NCBI RefSeq assembly: GCF_009914755.1
Contig: NC_060925.1
Length of the DNA stretch: 64,000 bases
Direction: 5' to 3' (one strand)
Origin: the human T2T-CHM13v2.0 reference genome, Homo sapiens
In this document: positions 16,322-31,878 of the stretch, piece after piece
Layout: each line of letters begins with the position of its first letter
How positions within the stretch are numbered: the stretch's first letter is position 1
The notes under the pieces: generated by a model
Seen by the model: the letters and a program-made list of their open reading frames with translations, nothing else
Told to the model about the DNA's origin: nothing
Database searches by the model: none
Translations under genes and position numbers: made by a program

Positions 16322-17405
16322 AAAAGTGATGTCTTTACTAAACACCTGTTACGAAACAGCCTGAGGTGTAGATATCTCTCATCTCTGGCCTTGTTTTCAG
16401 CATTTTTCCTCCTTGGATCAACAGTTTCTGATACCAGGTTAGGTTACAAGGCTGGAATAAAAAAACAAACCCCAGCTTGGAAAGGAAGGTGAATAAGGTA
16501 GTCACTCTTACTTGTTTGTTCTCACAGAATTTGTCCACCTGACTATTGAAATACCCAGTCTAGCTTCTTAGTTTTTATTCATGGCTGTCGGTATTTATTA
16601 AGTAAGCATTAACAGACTTATTGGGCAAGTAAAACATAATGTGCTAGGCAGCCACAAGAAAATACAAAGCCAGAGTCCCCAACCCTCAAGAGTTCATTCT
16701 AGACTAATCGTAAATACATGGCTTTATGTTTTCAGATTATGCTTAATGGAGCCACTCCGAACCATTTTCTTCTGGGTGGCACACCTCTGCGTAACGAAAT
16801 TTTCCAGACTTCATATGGGCAAGGTAGCTAGGCAGAGAGAATGACCTAAAACTAAAATTGTTTCAGAGAGAAGTAGGAATTGTACTAATTAATGCTGGAG
16901 CAAGACAAAGATAGACTTCGAAGGGGCAGATGGCTACAGCTTAGTGTCTAACATTATGGAATTGATCTCGGTAGGGCACCTAGCATTGCTTCTACTACTC
17001 CCATGCCTCTAACTGTCCCATAAGCAGGTGCTGTTAGTGGCAAAGGCAAAATGCAGGAGTGCAGCCCACCATGGCTATAAGAAGTACTCAAAATCCATAT
17101 CTTCCTGCTTTGGGATAGCTGAATCTCAATAGACAACAATTATTTTTGTAACACACTTAAATAATGTAAGAGAAAAAATAGTAAAGAAGAAATGTTTAGA
17201 GAAAATGGAATGACAAATGAGCAAATATAGGAAAAGAAGTCAGGGAAAAGAACATCACACTATAAACTCATCAATGCTTTATACCAGCACCTTGCACAAA
17301 GTTTAACTTTGTAAATTGTCTTAAATATTAAATACCTAACTTTATATAAAAAGGCAACACCAATATCATCTCTTCTCAGCGCCTCCAAACAAAATTATGT
17401 ACTTT

Positions 17406-17720
<315 letters not shown>

Positions 17721-18308
17721 AGAATTATGTACTTTCAATTGTTTATCCTCCACTAGAGATGCTTCTCTGTGAATTAGTTACACATCTTTATGAGTAACTA
17801 CCTTTATCACCTACCTTTATGATCAGGTTGTTGATCTGAGAGATGGGACTATGGAACAGAGGAAAATTAACAGGTGCCCATTAGGCCTCAAGCCACAGTT
17901 GAGTTTTCAGTGGGATTGTACTCTCAGCTAATGAGATGGAAATGAAAGCTGAGTGCTTACTGACAAGAACTGACTTCATACCTAAGTGGGCACACAAAAA
18001 CCCCAGAGGTGTAAGAGTAAATTCTGGGCTTCTAATCTGCCAATCAAAACTTCACAAAGGGTTGTGATTGTTAATTGTAAAATAAACCTATCTGCCCATG
18101 GGGACTCTTGGGAAACAGCGTTACTGACTATATAACACATGTAAATACTCTGTTTATATACTTTAATTGTCTAGCCCTCTGTAAAATGAAACAATTTAGT
18201 TTAGGGACACTTGAGCTCAGTATCTAAAGACTAGGACAAGCCCACATTCCTTCTCCTTGGAAGAGAGATCTTCTTTTTCAACAGCTAAAATGCAGCCATT
18301 TGCTAAAA

Positions 18309-18319
18309 ATGACTCAGCA
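18309..18319 (+). promoter_or_regulatory. Candidate distal ARE ATGACTCAGCA
   Basis: Exact NRF2/BACH1-sMAF consensus 11-mer. Motif match only. Confidence 0.45.
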
Positions 18320-18629
18320 CTCAGAAAGCTCAGGAGAACAAATCTCAGAGAAAGGGGCTGTCCCTGCCAGACACCCCATTTCTCCCACCCAAGATTTCTA
18401 TGCCATGTATCACCCATACAGCCAGAAAGCTAGAAGTATATTTATTTTATAAGTGACAAAGCAAGGAAACAATGCTGAGAGGTCCAGAATTGAACAATAA
18501 TCACCATAGATATGTTTCTTTGGGGAGAATTCTTCTATGTAAGAGCCTTAAAATTACCTCTCAAATTTACTTTTTGAAACCATGGTGTTGAAAGGGACTG
18601 CTTGAGAATCTGGAACCCGGTGTTTGGTG

Positions 18630-18921
18630 AGGTTATCTTGGCCCATACTTCCTCTGCATAGCAAACAGTGACTCTTTGGAATAAGGGGCAAACTTGGGAC
18701 TCAGGGCCAGAGTTATATTCACAGACTGGCTGCCACTTCCACGCCACTGGAATATGATGACAATTGACCCTAGTTATGGGTCTAGCAGCAGTAACGGGTG
18801 TTTCAGGTAGGCTCCGAGGAGAGTGAGCATCCTCTTGTTTGTGAAGTATTTGCTCCAGGAGAGGCAATTACAGGGTTTTTGAGGGGAGAAAAAAATTCTG
18901 CAGATACACAAGAGCAAGATA
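18630..18921 (-). repeat. Unassigned ancient repeat, copy B
   Basis: Shares the blocks AAAACCCTGTAATTGCCTC, CTAGACCCATAACTAG and TGGAAGTGGCAGC with copy A. Confidence 0.85.
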
Positions 18922-19319
18922 CTCCCACTGGCAAGGGAGACTCAGAGCAACTCAGGGGTTCAAGATTCTCACTCTCACTTGAGACCAACCATATGTGCCC
19001 ATTTCAAGTTTTGGGGTCTCCTTCCCAATCAATGACCTAACTTTCACATGAGAAACTTGGCATTAATTTCCCAAGAAAATTACTGATGTTGTAGTTCTGC
19101 AACCTGTAAAATTAAATTTTGTGTTTAATTTTTAACAATACCAACCCTGTGGCTACAAGACATAAAAGATCCTGTTAGGGCTGCCATGGAAGTCCTCTAG
19201 TTCTCAGACCGAGAACTAAACCAAGAGCTTAAGGACCTGAGCTTTTCATCTTCTGTCTGTAAGCACTCCACTACACTCAGAAATATCCATCCTATGCTAC
19301 AGTCCTTGCAGTGATCACT

Positions 19320-19950
19320 ACTGCCGTTAAGAGTCCAGTGTCCGGTCAAGAGACAGAAACCACACAGTAATTCAAATAAAGAAAGTATAATCATGAAGAA
19401 CTGTTAACTTGGTAAAAAGGTGGTTAACCACTAAAAAGGATAAAAGAGAATTGTATGGTGTAATAGAGGTGGCAACCTCAGACTACAGCTATCACTCTTA
19501 AGATGAAAGGAAAGGTAAACAAGGAGGAAACTTAGAAAGAGAGAAAGGACTCCAGCAGACTAACATTTGGGCCTCTAAGGAGATGGTTCAGCTGGTGCAG
19601 AAACATGTCACCCACTGCTGGGGTGAAGAAGAAACCTCCGGGGGACATTCACTTGCTGGAACCACAGGAACAATTCACCACCACAAGGAATACTGCCGGG
19701 GCCAGGTATGTGCTGACCCATTCACTGTCATGTGGAGAAGGCAAAAATAACAGGAGAAGATAAATCTCTTTTTCCTTCTCCAACTTTGAGAATCCCTTCA
19801 GCACTCCCTTAGCCCCTAATTGGCTGAACCTAATATAAAGCCAGATATCTGAGAAAAAAATGTAGTTTGCAGTGTACATCTCCAGTATCGTGAAGTAGGA
19901 CAAAGAAAGGTAGTTTGGAACTAAGAGGAAATAAATTAATAATAAGCATA
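19320..19950 (-). mobile_element. Probable ancient ERVL-class LTR (family not assigned)
   Basis: GTCAAGAGACAGAAACCACACAGTAATTC start resembles ERVL LTR ends. Heavily diverged. Confidence 0.35.
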
Positions 19951-19959
19951 CTTGAATAT

Positions 19960-20990
<1,031 letters not shown>

Positions 20991-20995
20991 AAAAC

Positions 20996-22563
20996 TAAGT
21001 TGTCTAATATAACAGCCACTAGCCACAGGTGGCTGCTGAGGACTTGAAATGTGGCCAGTATACCATATGTAGAAAGCTGAAACTGGATCCCTTCCTTACA
21101 CCTTATACAAAAATTAACTCAAGATGGATTAAAGACTTAAATGTAAGACCTAACACCATAAAAATCCTAGAAGAAAACCTAGGCAATACCATTCAGGACA
21201 TGGGCATGGACAAAGACTTCATGACTAAAATACCAAAAGCAATGGCAACAAAAGCCAAAATGGACAAATGGGATCTAATTAAACTAAACAGCTTCTCCAT
21301 AGCAAAAGAAACTATCATCAGAGTGAACAGGCAATCTACAGAATGGGAGAAAATTTTTGCAATCTACCCATCTGACAAAGGGCTAATATCCAGAATCTAC
21401 AATAAACTTAAACAAATTTACAAGAAAAAAACAACCCCATCAAAAAGTGGGCAAAGGATATGAACAGACACTTTTCAAAAGAAGACGTTTATGCAGCCAA
21501 CAGACAGATGAAAAAATGCTCATCATCACTGGTCATCAGAGAAATGCAAATCAAAACCACAATGAGATACCATCTCATGCCAGTTAGAATGGCGATCATT
21601 AAAAAGTCAGGAAACAACAGATGCTGGAGAGGATGTGGAGAAATAGGAATGCTTTTACACTGTTGGTGGGAGTGTAAATTAGTTCAACCATTGTGGAAGA
21701 CAGTGTGGTGATTCCTCAAGGATCTAGAACTAGAAATACCATTTGACCCAGCAATCCCATTACTGGACATATACCCAAAGGATTATAAATCATTCTACGA
21801 TAAAGACACATGCACATGTATGTTTATTGTGGCACTATTCACAATAGCAAAGACTTGGAACCAACCCAAATGCCCATCAATGATAGACTGGATTAAGAAA
21901 ATGTGGCACATATACACCAAGGAATATTATGGAGCCAAAAAAAAAAAAAGGATGAGTTAATGTTTCTTTGCAGGGACATGGATGAAGCTGGAAACCATCA
22001 CTCTAAGCAAACTATCACGAGGACAGAAAACCAAACACTGCATGTTCTTACTCATAAGTGGGAGTTGAACAATGAGAACACATGGACACAGGGCAGGGAA
22101 CATCACACACCTGGGCCTGCCGGGGGGTGGGGGGCTGGTGGAGGGATAGCATTAGGAAAAATACCTAATGTAAATGACGAGTTGATGGGTGCAGCAAACT
22201 AACACGGCACATGTATACCTATGTAACAAACCTGCACGTTGTGCACATGTACCCTAGAACTTAAAGTATAATAATAAAAAATATGTATATATAAAAGAAA
22301 TGTGGCTAGCATAAATTTAGATATGCTATAAGTATAAATTACACACCACATTTCGAAGACTCAGTATGAGAAAATATATACAATATCTCATCAATAATTT
22401 TTACATCAATTATAGGGTGAAATAATATTTCACATACATTGGGTTAAATGAAATATATGACAATTAAATTTACTTTTTTTTCTTTTTACTTTTTTAATAT
22501 GGCTACCATAAAATCTTAAATTACATATGTGGCTCACATCATATTTATACTGGAGAGAGTTGT
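20996..22563. mobile_element. MER33/MER3-like hAT-Charlie MITE split by an L1PA insertion
   Basis: AGCCACTAGCCACAGGTGGCT...TTGAAATGTGGC on the left of the L1; continues at 22297 to TTACATATGTGGCTCACATCATATTT. Confidence 0.7.
21062..22296 (+). mobile_element. 5'-truncated L1PA (about PA7-PA10 age): ORF2 C-terminus and 3' UTR
   Basis: ORFs 21029 and 21460 translate to L1 ORF2p C-terminal sequence ([39 protein letters not shown]). 16-bp TSD GAAATGTGGCCAGTAT / GAAATGTGGCTAGCAT. Confidence 0.93.
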
Positions 22564-22739
22564 ACTAGAGCATGTTTGTATGCTAATATAATGATCTAGT
22601 AGAGAATCAGGAATTGATGATGTAGAAAGAGAAAGAGTAGGGAAAAGAGAAAAGACCTTTAGAGCTTAAGCAGATAAGGGGTGATGGACATCATACATAG
22701 ATCAACAAACAAGTAGAGAAAGGCATGTACATAGATAAT

Positions 22740-23790
22740 ATTTGTTGTATCCTTTATACAGAAAGAACTCACTCTTTTTAAACAGCCATGAAGCAGTAAT
22801 AAACATTTATCAAGGACTAAGTCACAAATAAAATCTCAAATATCTAAAGGTACAGATCACATGGTAATCAAACAAGAAATCAGTATGAAAAAGACAGCAA
22901 ACTCAATCTAATTACATGGACATTATAAAACAGTTTTCTAAACAACTCTTGGATTAAAGTGGAAATCAGTACTAGAACACAGACTGTTTGAAATTACCAA
23001 TGAAACAACACTCCATTTCAAAGCTTATGGGATACAACCAAAGTCTTAACTCAAAGGAAAATTCAGAGCTTTCAGTGATCTTCTTAATATATACGGAAGA
23101 TTGAAAGTAAATGATCTAAGCACCCAGTTCAAGAAAGTTTAAAAAAATTAAAAAAAAAAAATAAGCCAACAGAGAATAGGAGAAACTAATAAAAATAAAA
23201 TTCAAAATTAATGAACTAGAAAGCATGGCAAAACAAAATTGCATAGACCTGGTAAATAAAGCAATTGTTTTATTTTGTTTTTGTTTTTAGAATACAACAT
23301 ACAAACCATTAATAAGTGTGAACAAGAAAAAAAGAGAAAGAAAATGCAAATATCTACAACAAGGAAAGAAAAATAATTCAGCATTAAGAGATTTTTAAAA
23401 TTCTAAAATTCCAAATACCCACCAGTAAATTAGAAAATCTACATGAAATAGACAAATTTTTAGCAAAATGCAGATTACTAATATTAGCTCATGAAGAGAG
23501 GAAATTATCCCAATAATCAAAGAAAAACTTGAAAATGCAGCAAAAGCTCTAACTTCAAAAAAAGCACCAGTTCCAGTTTGTTTTATCAGTAAGTTCTAAT
23601 ACATCATAAAGAACAGATAATTCCTGGATTATTTAAACATTCGGCCAGTACAAACTATGAAAAACTTCCCAATACACTTCACTGACAAATTTAATTCTGA
23701 TACTAAAGTATACTAAATACTAAACAATAGTAAAAATAAAATACATATTGGGTTATTCTTAAAATCCAAAGTCAAATATTAGCAAGTCTA
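22740..23790 (+). mobile_element. Decayed L1ME ORF2 fragment
   Basis: A-rich, with CAAAGCTTATGGGATACAACCAAAGT and GAAAATCTACATGAAATAGACAAATTT motifs. Confidence 0.55.
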
Positions 23791-26303
23791 ATTAAGAATG
23801 CTTTTGACAGCAAGTAACAGAAACCCTGACTCCAATTATCTTTAAAAATGAGGGTATTTCTGAACTCAACAGAAATCTAGAAGTAGGATAAGTTTTAGGA
23901 TGGGTTGTGGTTTAATTACGTTATTAAGAACCCAGGGGAGGGGGGCCAAGTTGGCCAATTAGAAGCAGCAGCTGTCTGTGGCACTCAGGGAGAGGAAGAA
24001 AGGAGCAAGTGAATATAGCACCTTCAACTGAAATATCCAGGCACTCACACTGGGACTGATCACAGAAACAACTCGACCCATGGAGAAGAGAGAAAAGCAA
24101 GGTGGGGCAATAGCCCACCTGGGAGCAACATGAAGCCAAGAGAACTCCCACCCCCAGCCAAGGGAAGCAGTGAGTGAGTGTGCAACCCCAGGAAACCACG
24201 CTTCTCCCACGGATCTTTGCAACCCACAGATCAGGAGATCAGTGCACCCACACCACCTTGTGCACCCACATCACCAGGGTCTTGGGTCCCACACACAGAG
24301 GTGTGTTGAGTCTCAGCAGAGCAGCTGCTCAGGCATGCATAGAGATCCAGGAACTTTACATATTCCGGCCCCAGGATCCCCAACAGAGGTGTCTGTAACT
24401 CAGGCAAGGTGGGAGGTCTGTACATACCCCTAGGAAGGGGGCTGAATCCAGGGAGCCAAGCAGCATCAATCTGTGGGTCCCACTTCCACAACACCTCACA
24501 AAATAAGACCTACTGGCTTGGAATATAGCCTACCTGTGATGGGACAGAGTCCCCAGTGGGAGGGGTGGGCTGCCATCTCTACTGTTTGGTTGACTCAGCC
24601 ATTTCAGTCTATGGGCTTCGGAGAATCCATATGGTTCAAACAAGGAAGGGTCTTCCCAGAACACTACAGCGGCATTGCCTGAACGTGGCCAGGTTGCTTC
24701 TTTAAGTGGGGCCCCAATCCATTCCTCTTCACTGGGAGGGACCTCCCAACCAGGGCCTCCAGCCATCTCTGCCTGTATTCCACAAACGGATCCTGATCTC
24801 TTTCTGGAATAGCATGCCCGAGGGGAGGCGAGGAGGGAAGGAGGAGGGGAGGGGAGGAGGGGAGGAAAGGAGGGCCACCAAGCTGGCTGTTTGAATGACT
24901 CAGCCATTCCAACCAGTGGGCTTTAGAGAGTCCAAGCCAACAAGGGCAGAAGCAGTTTCCCAGCACAACAAGGCTGTTCTATTGAGGCATGGCCAGATGG
25001 CTTCTTTAAGTGGGACCCTGATCCACTTTTCCTTGACGGGTAGATCATGCCAGCTGGGGTATCCAGCCACCCCCGCCCATGTTCTGTGGCCAACAGACTT
25101 CTAATTTTTCCCTGGGACAGAGTGCCCAGAGGGGAAGGCGGGCCACCAACTTGGCTGTTGGGCACCTCAGCCAGTTCAGCCTGTGGGCCTCGGAGAGCCC
25201 AAACCAACAAGGGGCTGATGGGATCCCCAACACAGCACAACTGCTCTATCAAAAACAGCCCAACTGCTTCTTTAAGTGGATCCCTGATCCCGTTCCTCCT
25301 GACTAGGTGAGATGTCCCAACTGGGGTCTCCAGCCACCCCCTACATACTGTGTGCTCATGCTGGCAACAGGACAGTACCGCCCTGGGATGGAGCTTCCAG
25401 GGGAAGGGGCAGGCTGCCATCTTTGCTGTTTCATAGCATTCACTGCTGATACCTCCAAGTACAGGAAAAACTGAGGCAACCAGGGTGTAGAGTGGACCCC
25501 CAGCTAACTGCAGCATCTGTAAGGAAGAGTAAACAGACTGCTAAAAGAAAAAGATGAAAAAACAAAACAATCCATGAAAGCGCCATCCAAAGGTCAGCAA
25601 CCTCAAAGATCGAAGATAGATAAGCCCACAAAAATGAGAAAGAATCAACGCAAAAATCTTGAAAATTCAAAAACCCAGAGAGCCCCTTTTCCTCCAAATG
25701 ATCACAACACCTCTCCAGCAAGGGCTCAGAACTAGGCTGAGCCCAAGATGACAGAAGTAAGCTTCAGAATGTGGACAAAAGCCAATTTTGCTGAGCTAAA
25801 GGTGTATGTCCTAACCAAAGGCAAAGAAGCTAAGAATCATGATAAAACAATGCAGGAGCTGACAGCCAAAACAGCCAGTATAGAAAGGACCATAACCGAC
25901 CTCACAGAGCTGAAAAACATACTACAAGTACTCGCAATGTAATCCCAAGTATTAATAGCAGAATAGACCAAGCAGAGCAAAGAATCCCAGAGCTTGCAGA
26001 CTATCTCTCTGAAATAGGACAGGTAGACAGGAATAGAGAAAAAAGAATGAAAATGAATGAATAAAACCTCTGAGAAATATGGGTTTATGTAAAAGGACCA
26101 AACCTACAACTGATTGGGGTACCTGAAAGAGACAGGAAGAATAGAACCAAGTTGGAAAACATACTTCAGGATATCATCCAGGAGAATGACCCCAACCTAG
26201 CAAGATAGGCCAACATTCAAATTCAGGAACAAGAGAACCCCAGTAAGATAACTATTCAAGAAAATCATCCCTAAGATATGTATCAGCAGATTCTCCAAAG
26301 TCA

Positions 26304-26628
<325 letters not shown>

Positions 26629-28404
26629 AAGAAAAAAATGTTAAGGACAGCCAGAAAGAAAGACCAGGTCACCTACAAAGGGAAGGCCATCGGACAAGCA
26701 TTGGGCCTCTGAGTGGAAACCCTACAAGCCAGAAAAGATTGGGGGCCAGTATTTCAATATTCCTAAAGAAAAGAATTTCCAACCCAGAATTTCATATGCA
26801 AACTAAGTTTCATAAGCAAAGGAGAAATAAGATCCTTTTCAGACAAACAAATGCTGAGGAAATTCATCACTACCAGACCTGCCTTACAAGAGCTCCTGAA
26901 GGAAGCACTAAATATAGAAAGGAAAAACCATTACCACTACAAAAACACACTGACATACCAATGATACAATGAAGTATCCACATAAACCTGCAAAATAACC
27001 AGCCAGCATCATGATGACAGGATCAAATCCACACATAAAAATGCTAATCTTAAATGAAAATGTGCTAAATGCCTCCCAAAAAAAGATACAGAATAACAAG
27101 CTAGATAAAGAGCCAAGACCCATTAGTATGCTATCTTCAAGAGACGCATCTCACGTGCAAAGACACACATAGGCTCAAAATAAAGGGATAGAGGAAAATT
27201 TACCAAGCAAATGGAAAACAGAAAAAAACAGGTGCAATCCTAGTTTATAACAAAACAGACTTTAAATCAACAAAAATCAAAAAAGATAAAGAAGGCCACT
27301 ACATAACAGTAAAGGGTTCATTTCAACAAGAAGAGCTAACTAACCTAAGTATATATACACCCAATACAGGAGCACCCAGAAAAAGAAAGTACTTAGAGAC
27401 CTTCAAAGAGACTTAGACTCACACACAATAATGGTGGGAGACTTTATCACCCCACTGACAATATTAGGCAGATCATTGAGACAGAAAATTATCAAAGACA
27501 TTCAAGACCTCAACTCAGCTCTGGATCAAGTGGGCCTGATAGCTATATACAGAACTCTCCACTCCAAAACAACAGAATATACATTCTTCTCATCGCCACA
27601 GCACTTACTCTAAAATTGATCACATAATTGGAAGTAAAACACTCCTTGGCAAATGCAAAAGAACTGAAAACATACCAAAGAGTCTCTCAGACCAAGGTGT
27701 AATCAAATTAGAACACAAGATTAAGAAATTCACTCAAAACCATATAACTACATGGAAAATGAACAATCTGCTCCCGAATGACTTTTGGTTAAATAATGAA
27801 ATTAAGGCAGAAATCAAGAAGTTCTTTGAAACCAATGAGAACAAAACTACAATGTCCAGAATCTCCAGAATGCAGCTAAAGCACTGTTAAGAGGGAAATT
27901 TATAGCACTAAATGTCCACATCAAAAAGCTAAAAAGATCTCAAGTTAACAACCTAACATCACAACTAAACAAACTAGAGAAAAAAGAGCAAACCAACCCA
28001 AAGTTAGCAGGAGACAAAAAATAACCAAAATCAGAGTAGAACTGAAGAAGACAGAGACATGAAAAACCCTTCAAAGAATCAATGAATCCAGGAGCTGGTT
28101 TTTTGAAAAAAATTAATAAAATAGATAGACTGCTAGCTAGACTAATAAAGAATAAAAGAGAAAAGATTCAAATAAACACAATCAGAAGTGATAAGGGTGA
28201 TATCACCACTGACCCCACAGAAATACAAACAACTATCAGAGAATACTACAAACACCACTATGTACATAAACTAGAAAAATCTAGAAGAAAAGGATAAATT
28301 CCTGGACACATACACCCTCCCAACACTGAACCAGGAAGAAACTGAATCCCTGAATAGACAATAATGAGTTTGGAAATTGAAGCAGTAATAAATAGCCTAC
28401 CAAC

Positions 28405-28823
28405 TGTTGGGAAAAAGCTGAGTGTTGGGAAGAAAGCTGAGGCAGGGCTCGCATGTCTGCCACAATGTCCTCTGGAATGTGTCTAGACTTGCTGGCTCCT
28501 TGCTTCTAGCCCTCCTAGGCTCCTAGTTCGATTGTATCTTCATTATCTCAAGTAGCAGAACATGTTCCTTATAAATGCCAAACCATCACAGCTGTAGATC
28601 ATGCACCTGCTCTTCTGACCTCCACATTCTCACCACCTGTTTCTCTGTTGGATTACCAATAAATAGCATGGGCTCCCAGAGCTCAGAGCCTTCACAGCCT
28701 CCATACACTAACAATGGCCTCCTGGTTCCACCTTTCTCCCTCAAACTGTCTTTTTCTCAATCCTTTGACTCTGCTGGACTTTGTCACCCCCATGACCTGG
28801 TGTTGGGTCTGATCACCCCAACA
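28405..28823 (+). mobile_element. LTR3-like (HERV-K HML-6) solo LTR inside L1 ORF2
   Basis: TGTTGGGAAAAAGCTGAGTGTTGGG...GGTCTGATCACCCCAACA with an internal AATAAA. CCAAC duplicated on both flanks; the L1 sequence resumes seamlessly. Confidence 0.8.
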
Positions 28824-31734
28824 CCAACAAAAAAAAAAAGCCCAGGACCAGACAGATTCACAGGTGAGTTCTACCAGAGGTACAAAGAACAGCTAATACC
28901 ACTCCTACTGAAACAATTTAATATTCAAAAAGATCGAAAAGGAGGGACTCCTCCTAACTCATTGTATGAGGCCAGCATCATCCTGATATCAAAACCTGGC
29001 AGAGATACAACAAAAAAGAGAAATTTCAGGCCAATATCTTTGATGAACATCAGTGCAAAAATCCTCAACAAAATACAGGCAAACTGATTCCAGCAGCACA
29101 TCAAAAAGTTTATCCACCATGATCAAGTTGGCTTCATCTTTGGGATGCAAGGCTGTTCAACATACAAAAATCAATAAATGTTAAGTTATCATATAAACAG
29201 AACTAAAGACAAAAATCACATGATTATCTCAATAGATACAGAAAAAGTCTTTGATAAAATTCAACATCCCTCATGTTAAAAACTCTCAATAAACTAAGTA
29301 TTGAAGGAACATGTCTCCAAATAATAAGAGCCATCTATGACAAATGCACAGCCAATATCATACTGAATGGGCAAAAACTGGAAGCATTCTCTTTGAAAAG
29401 TGGCACAAAACAAGGCTGCCCTCTCTCACCACTCCCAGTCAACACTGGAAGTTGTGGCCAAGGCAATCTGGCAAGAGAAAGAAATAAAGCATATTCAAAT
29501 AGGAAGAGAGGAAGTCAAACTATCTTTATTTGCAGGTGACATGATCCTATATCTAGAAAACCCCAATGTCTCAGTCCAAAAGCTTCTTAAGCTGATAAGC
29601 AACTTCAGCAGTCTCAAGATACAAAATCTATGTGCAAAAATCACTAGCATTCCTATACACCAACAACAGGCAAGCTGACAGCCAAATCCCATTCACAATT
29701 GCCACAAAAAGAATAAAATACCTAGGAACAAAGCTAACCAGGGAAGTGAAGGACCTCTTCAAGAACTACAAACCACCACTCAAAGAAATCAGAGAAGACA
29801 CAAAAGAACAGAAAAACATTCCATGCTCATAGATAGGAAGAATCAATATCGTGAAAATGGCCATACTGACCAAAGTAATTTATAGATTCAATGCTATTTC
29901 TGTTAAACTACCATTGAGATTCTTCACAGAATTAGAAAAAAACTATTTTAAAATTCATATGGAACCCCAAAAGAGCATGAATAGACAAGGCAATTGTAAG
30001 CAACAAAAACAAAGCTGGAGGCATTATGCTCCCAAACTTCAAACTATACTACAGGACTACAGTAACCAAAACAGCATGGTACTGGTACAAGAACAGAAAC
30101 ATAGACCAATGGGACAGAATACAGAATCCAGATATAAGTCTGCACACCTACAACCATCTGATCTTTGACAAACCTGATGAAAGCAAGCAATGGGAAAAGG
30201 ATTCCCTATTTAATAAATGGTGCTGGAGAACTGGCTAGCCATATGCAGAAAATTGAAACTGGACCCCTTCCTTACACCATATACAAAAATTAACTCAAGA
30301 TAGATTAAAGACTTACATGTAAAACCCAAAACTATAAACACTTCAGAAGAAAACCTAGGAAATATCATTGAGGACACAGGCATGGGCAAAGATTTCATGA
30401 CAAAGACGCCAAAAGCCAAAATTGACAAATGGGATCTAATTAAACTAAAGAGCTTCTGCACAGCAAAAGAAACTATCATTGGAGTGAACAGACAACCTAC
30501 AGAATGGGAGAAAATTTTTGCAATCTATCATCTGACAAAGGTCTAATATCCAGCATCTATATGGAATTTAAACAAATTTACAAGAAAAAAACAAACAACC
30601 CCATTAAAAAGTGGGCAAAAGACAAAACAGACACTTCTCAAAAGATGACATAGATGTGGACAACAAACATGAGAAAAAGCTCAACATCAGTGTTCATTAC
30701 AGAAATGCAAATCAATACAACAATGAAATACCATCTAACACCAGTCAGATGGCTATTATTAAAAAGTCAAAAACAACAGATGGCTGGGGAAGTTGTGATG
30801 AAAAAGGAACACTTTTACACTGTTGGCGGGAAAGTAAGTTAGTTCAACCACCATGGAAGACAGTGTGGCAATTCTTCAAAGACCTAGAGGCAGAAATACC
30901 ATTCAACCCAGCAATCCCATTACTGGGTATATACCCAAAGGAATAAAAATCATTCTATTATAAAGATACATGCATGCATATATTCATTGCAGCACTATTC
31001 ACAACAGCAAAGGCCTGGAACCAACCTAAATGCCCATCAATGATAGACTGGACAAAGAAAATGTGGTATATATACACCATGGAATACTATATAGCCATAA
31101 AAAGGAATGAGATCTTGTCCTTTTTAGGGACATGGATGGAGCTGGGGGCCATTATTCTTAGCAAACTAATGCAGAAACAGAAAACCAAATACCACATGTT
31201 TTTACTTACATGTGGGAGCTGAATGATGAGAACATATGGACACGTTGTGGGAAGCAATACACACTGGGGCCTGTCAGAGGACAGGGCATGGGAAGAGGGA
31301 GAGCATCAGGAAGAATAGCTAATGAATGATGGGCTTCATACCTGGGTGATGGGATGATCTGTGCAGTAAACCAACATGGCACACATTTACCTATGTAACA
31401 AACATGCACATGCTGCACATGTACCCCTGAACTTAAAATGAAAGTTGGAAATTAAAAAAAGAATCCATCCTTTCCATCTTCCTGGTCTGTCATTCTTTGT
31501 GTTATTTCATTCCTGGTTAGGTAGCAACATGATTGCAATATTTCCAAGCATCCAGACATGATTTCCAGAAAAAGATGAAACACTAACTCTTTTAGATTTC
31601 TACTCAGGAGCCAAAGACACTTTTCGCAGAAGTTCACCTAGCAAGCGTCATTGCTTACTAGCAAGAGTTGGATTACATGCTCATAACTGAACCAACCCTA
31701 ATCACCAGAATGGAGTTGTTTTAGACCAGCTCAT

Positions 31735-31878
31735 CAGCATCTCCTGGAGGACTTGTTAAAATATACATTGTTGGACCTCATCCCCAGGGTTTCTGACTCA
31801 GTAGGTCTGGTATGGGTCTTGATACTCTGCATTTCTAATAAATTCCCCAGTTACATTAATACTGATTATCTTGGACCA
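31735..31878. mobile_element. MER5A hAT MITE fragment
   Basis: CTTGTTAAAATATACA...TTTCTGACTCAGTAGGTCTGG...CTGCATTTCTAATAAATTCCCCAG. Confidence 0.7.
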
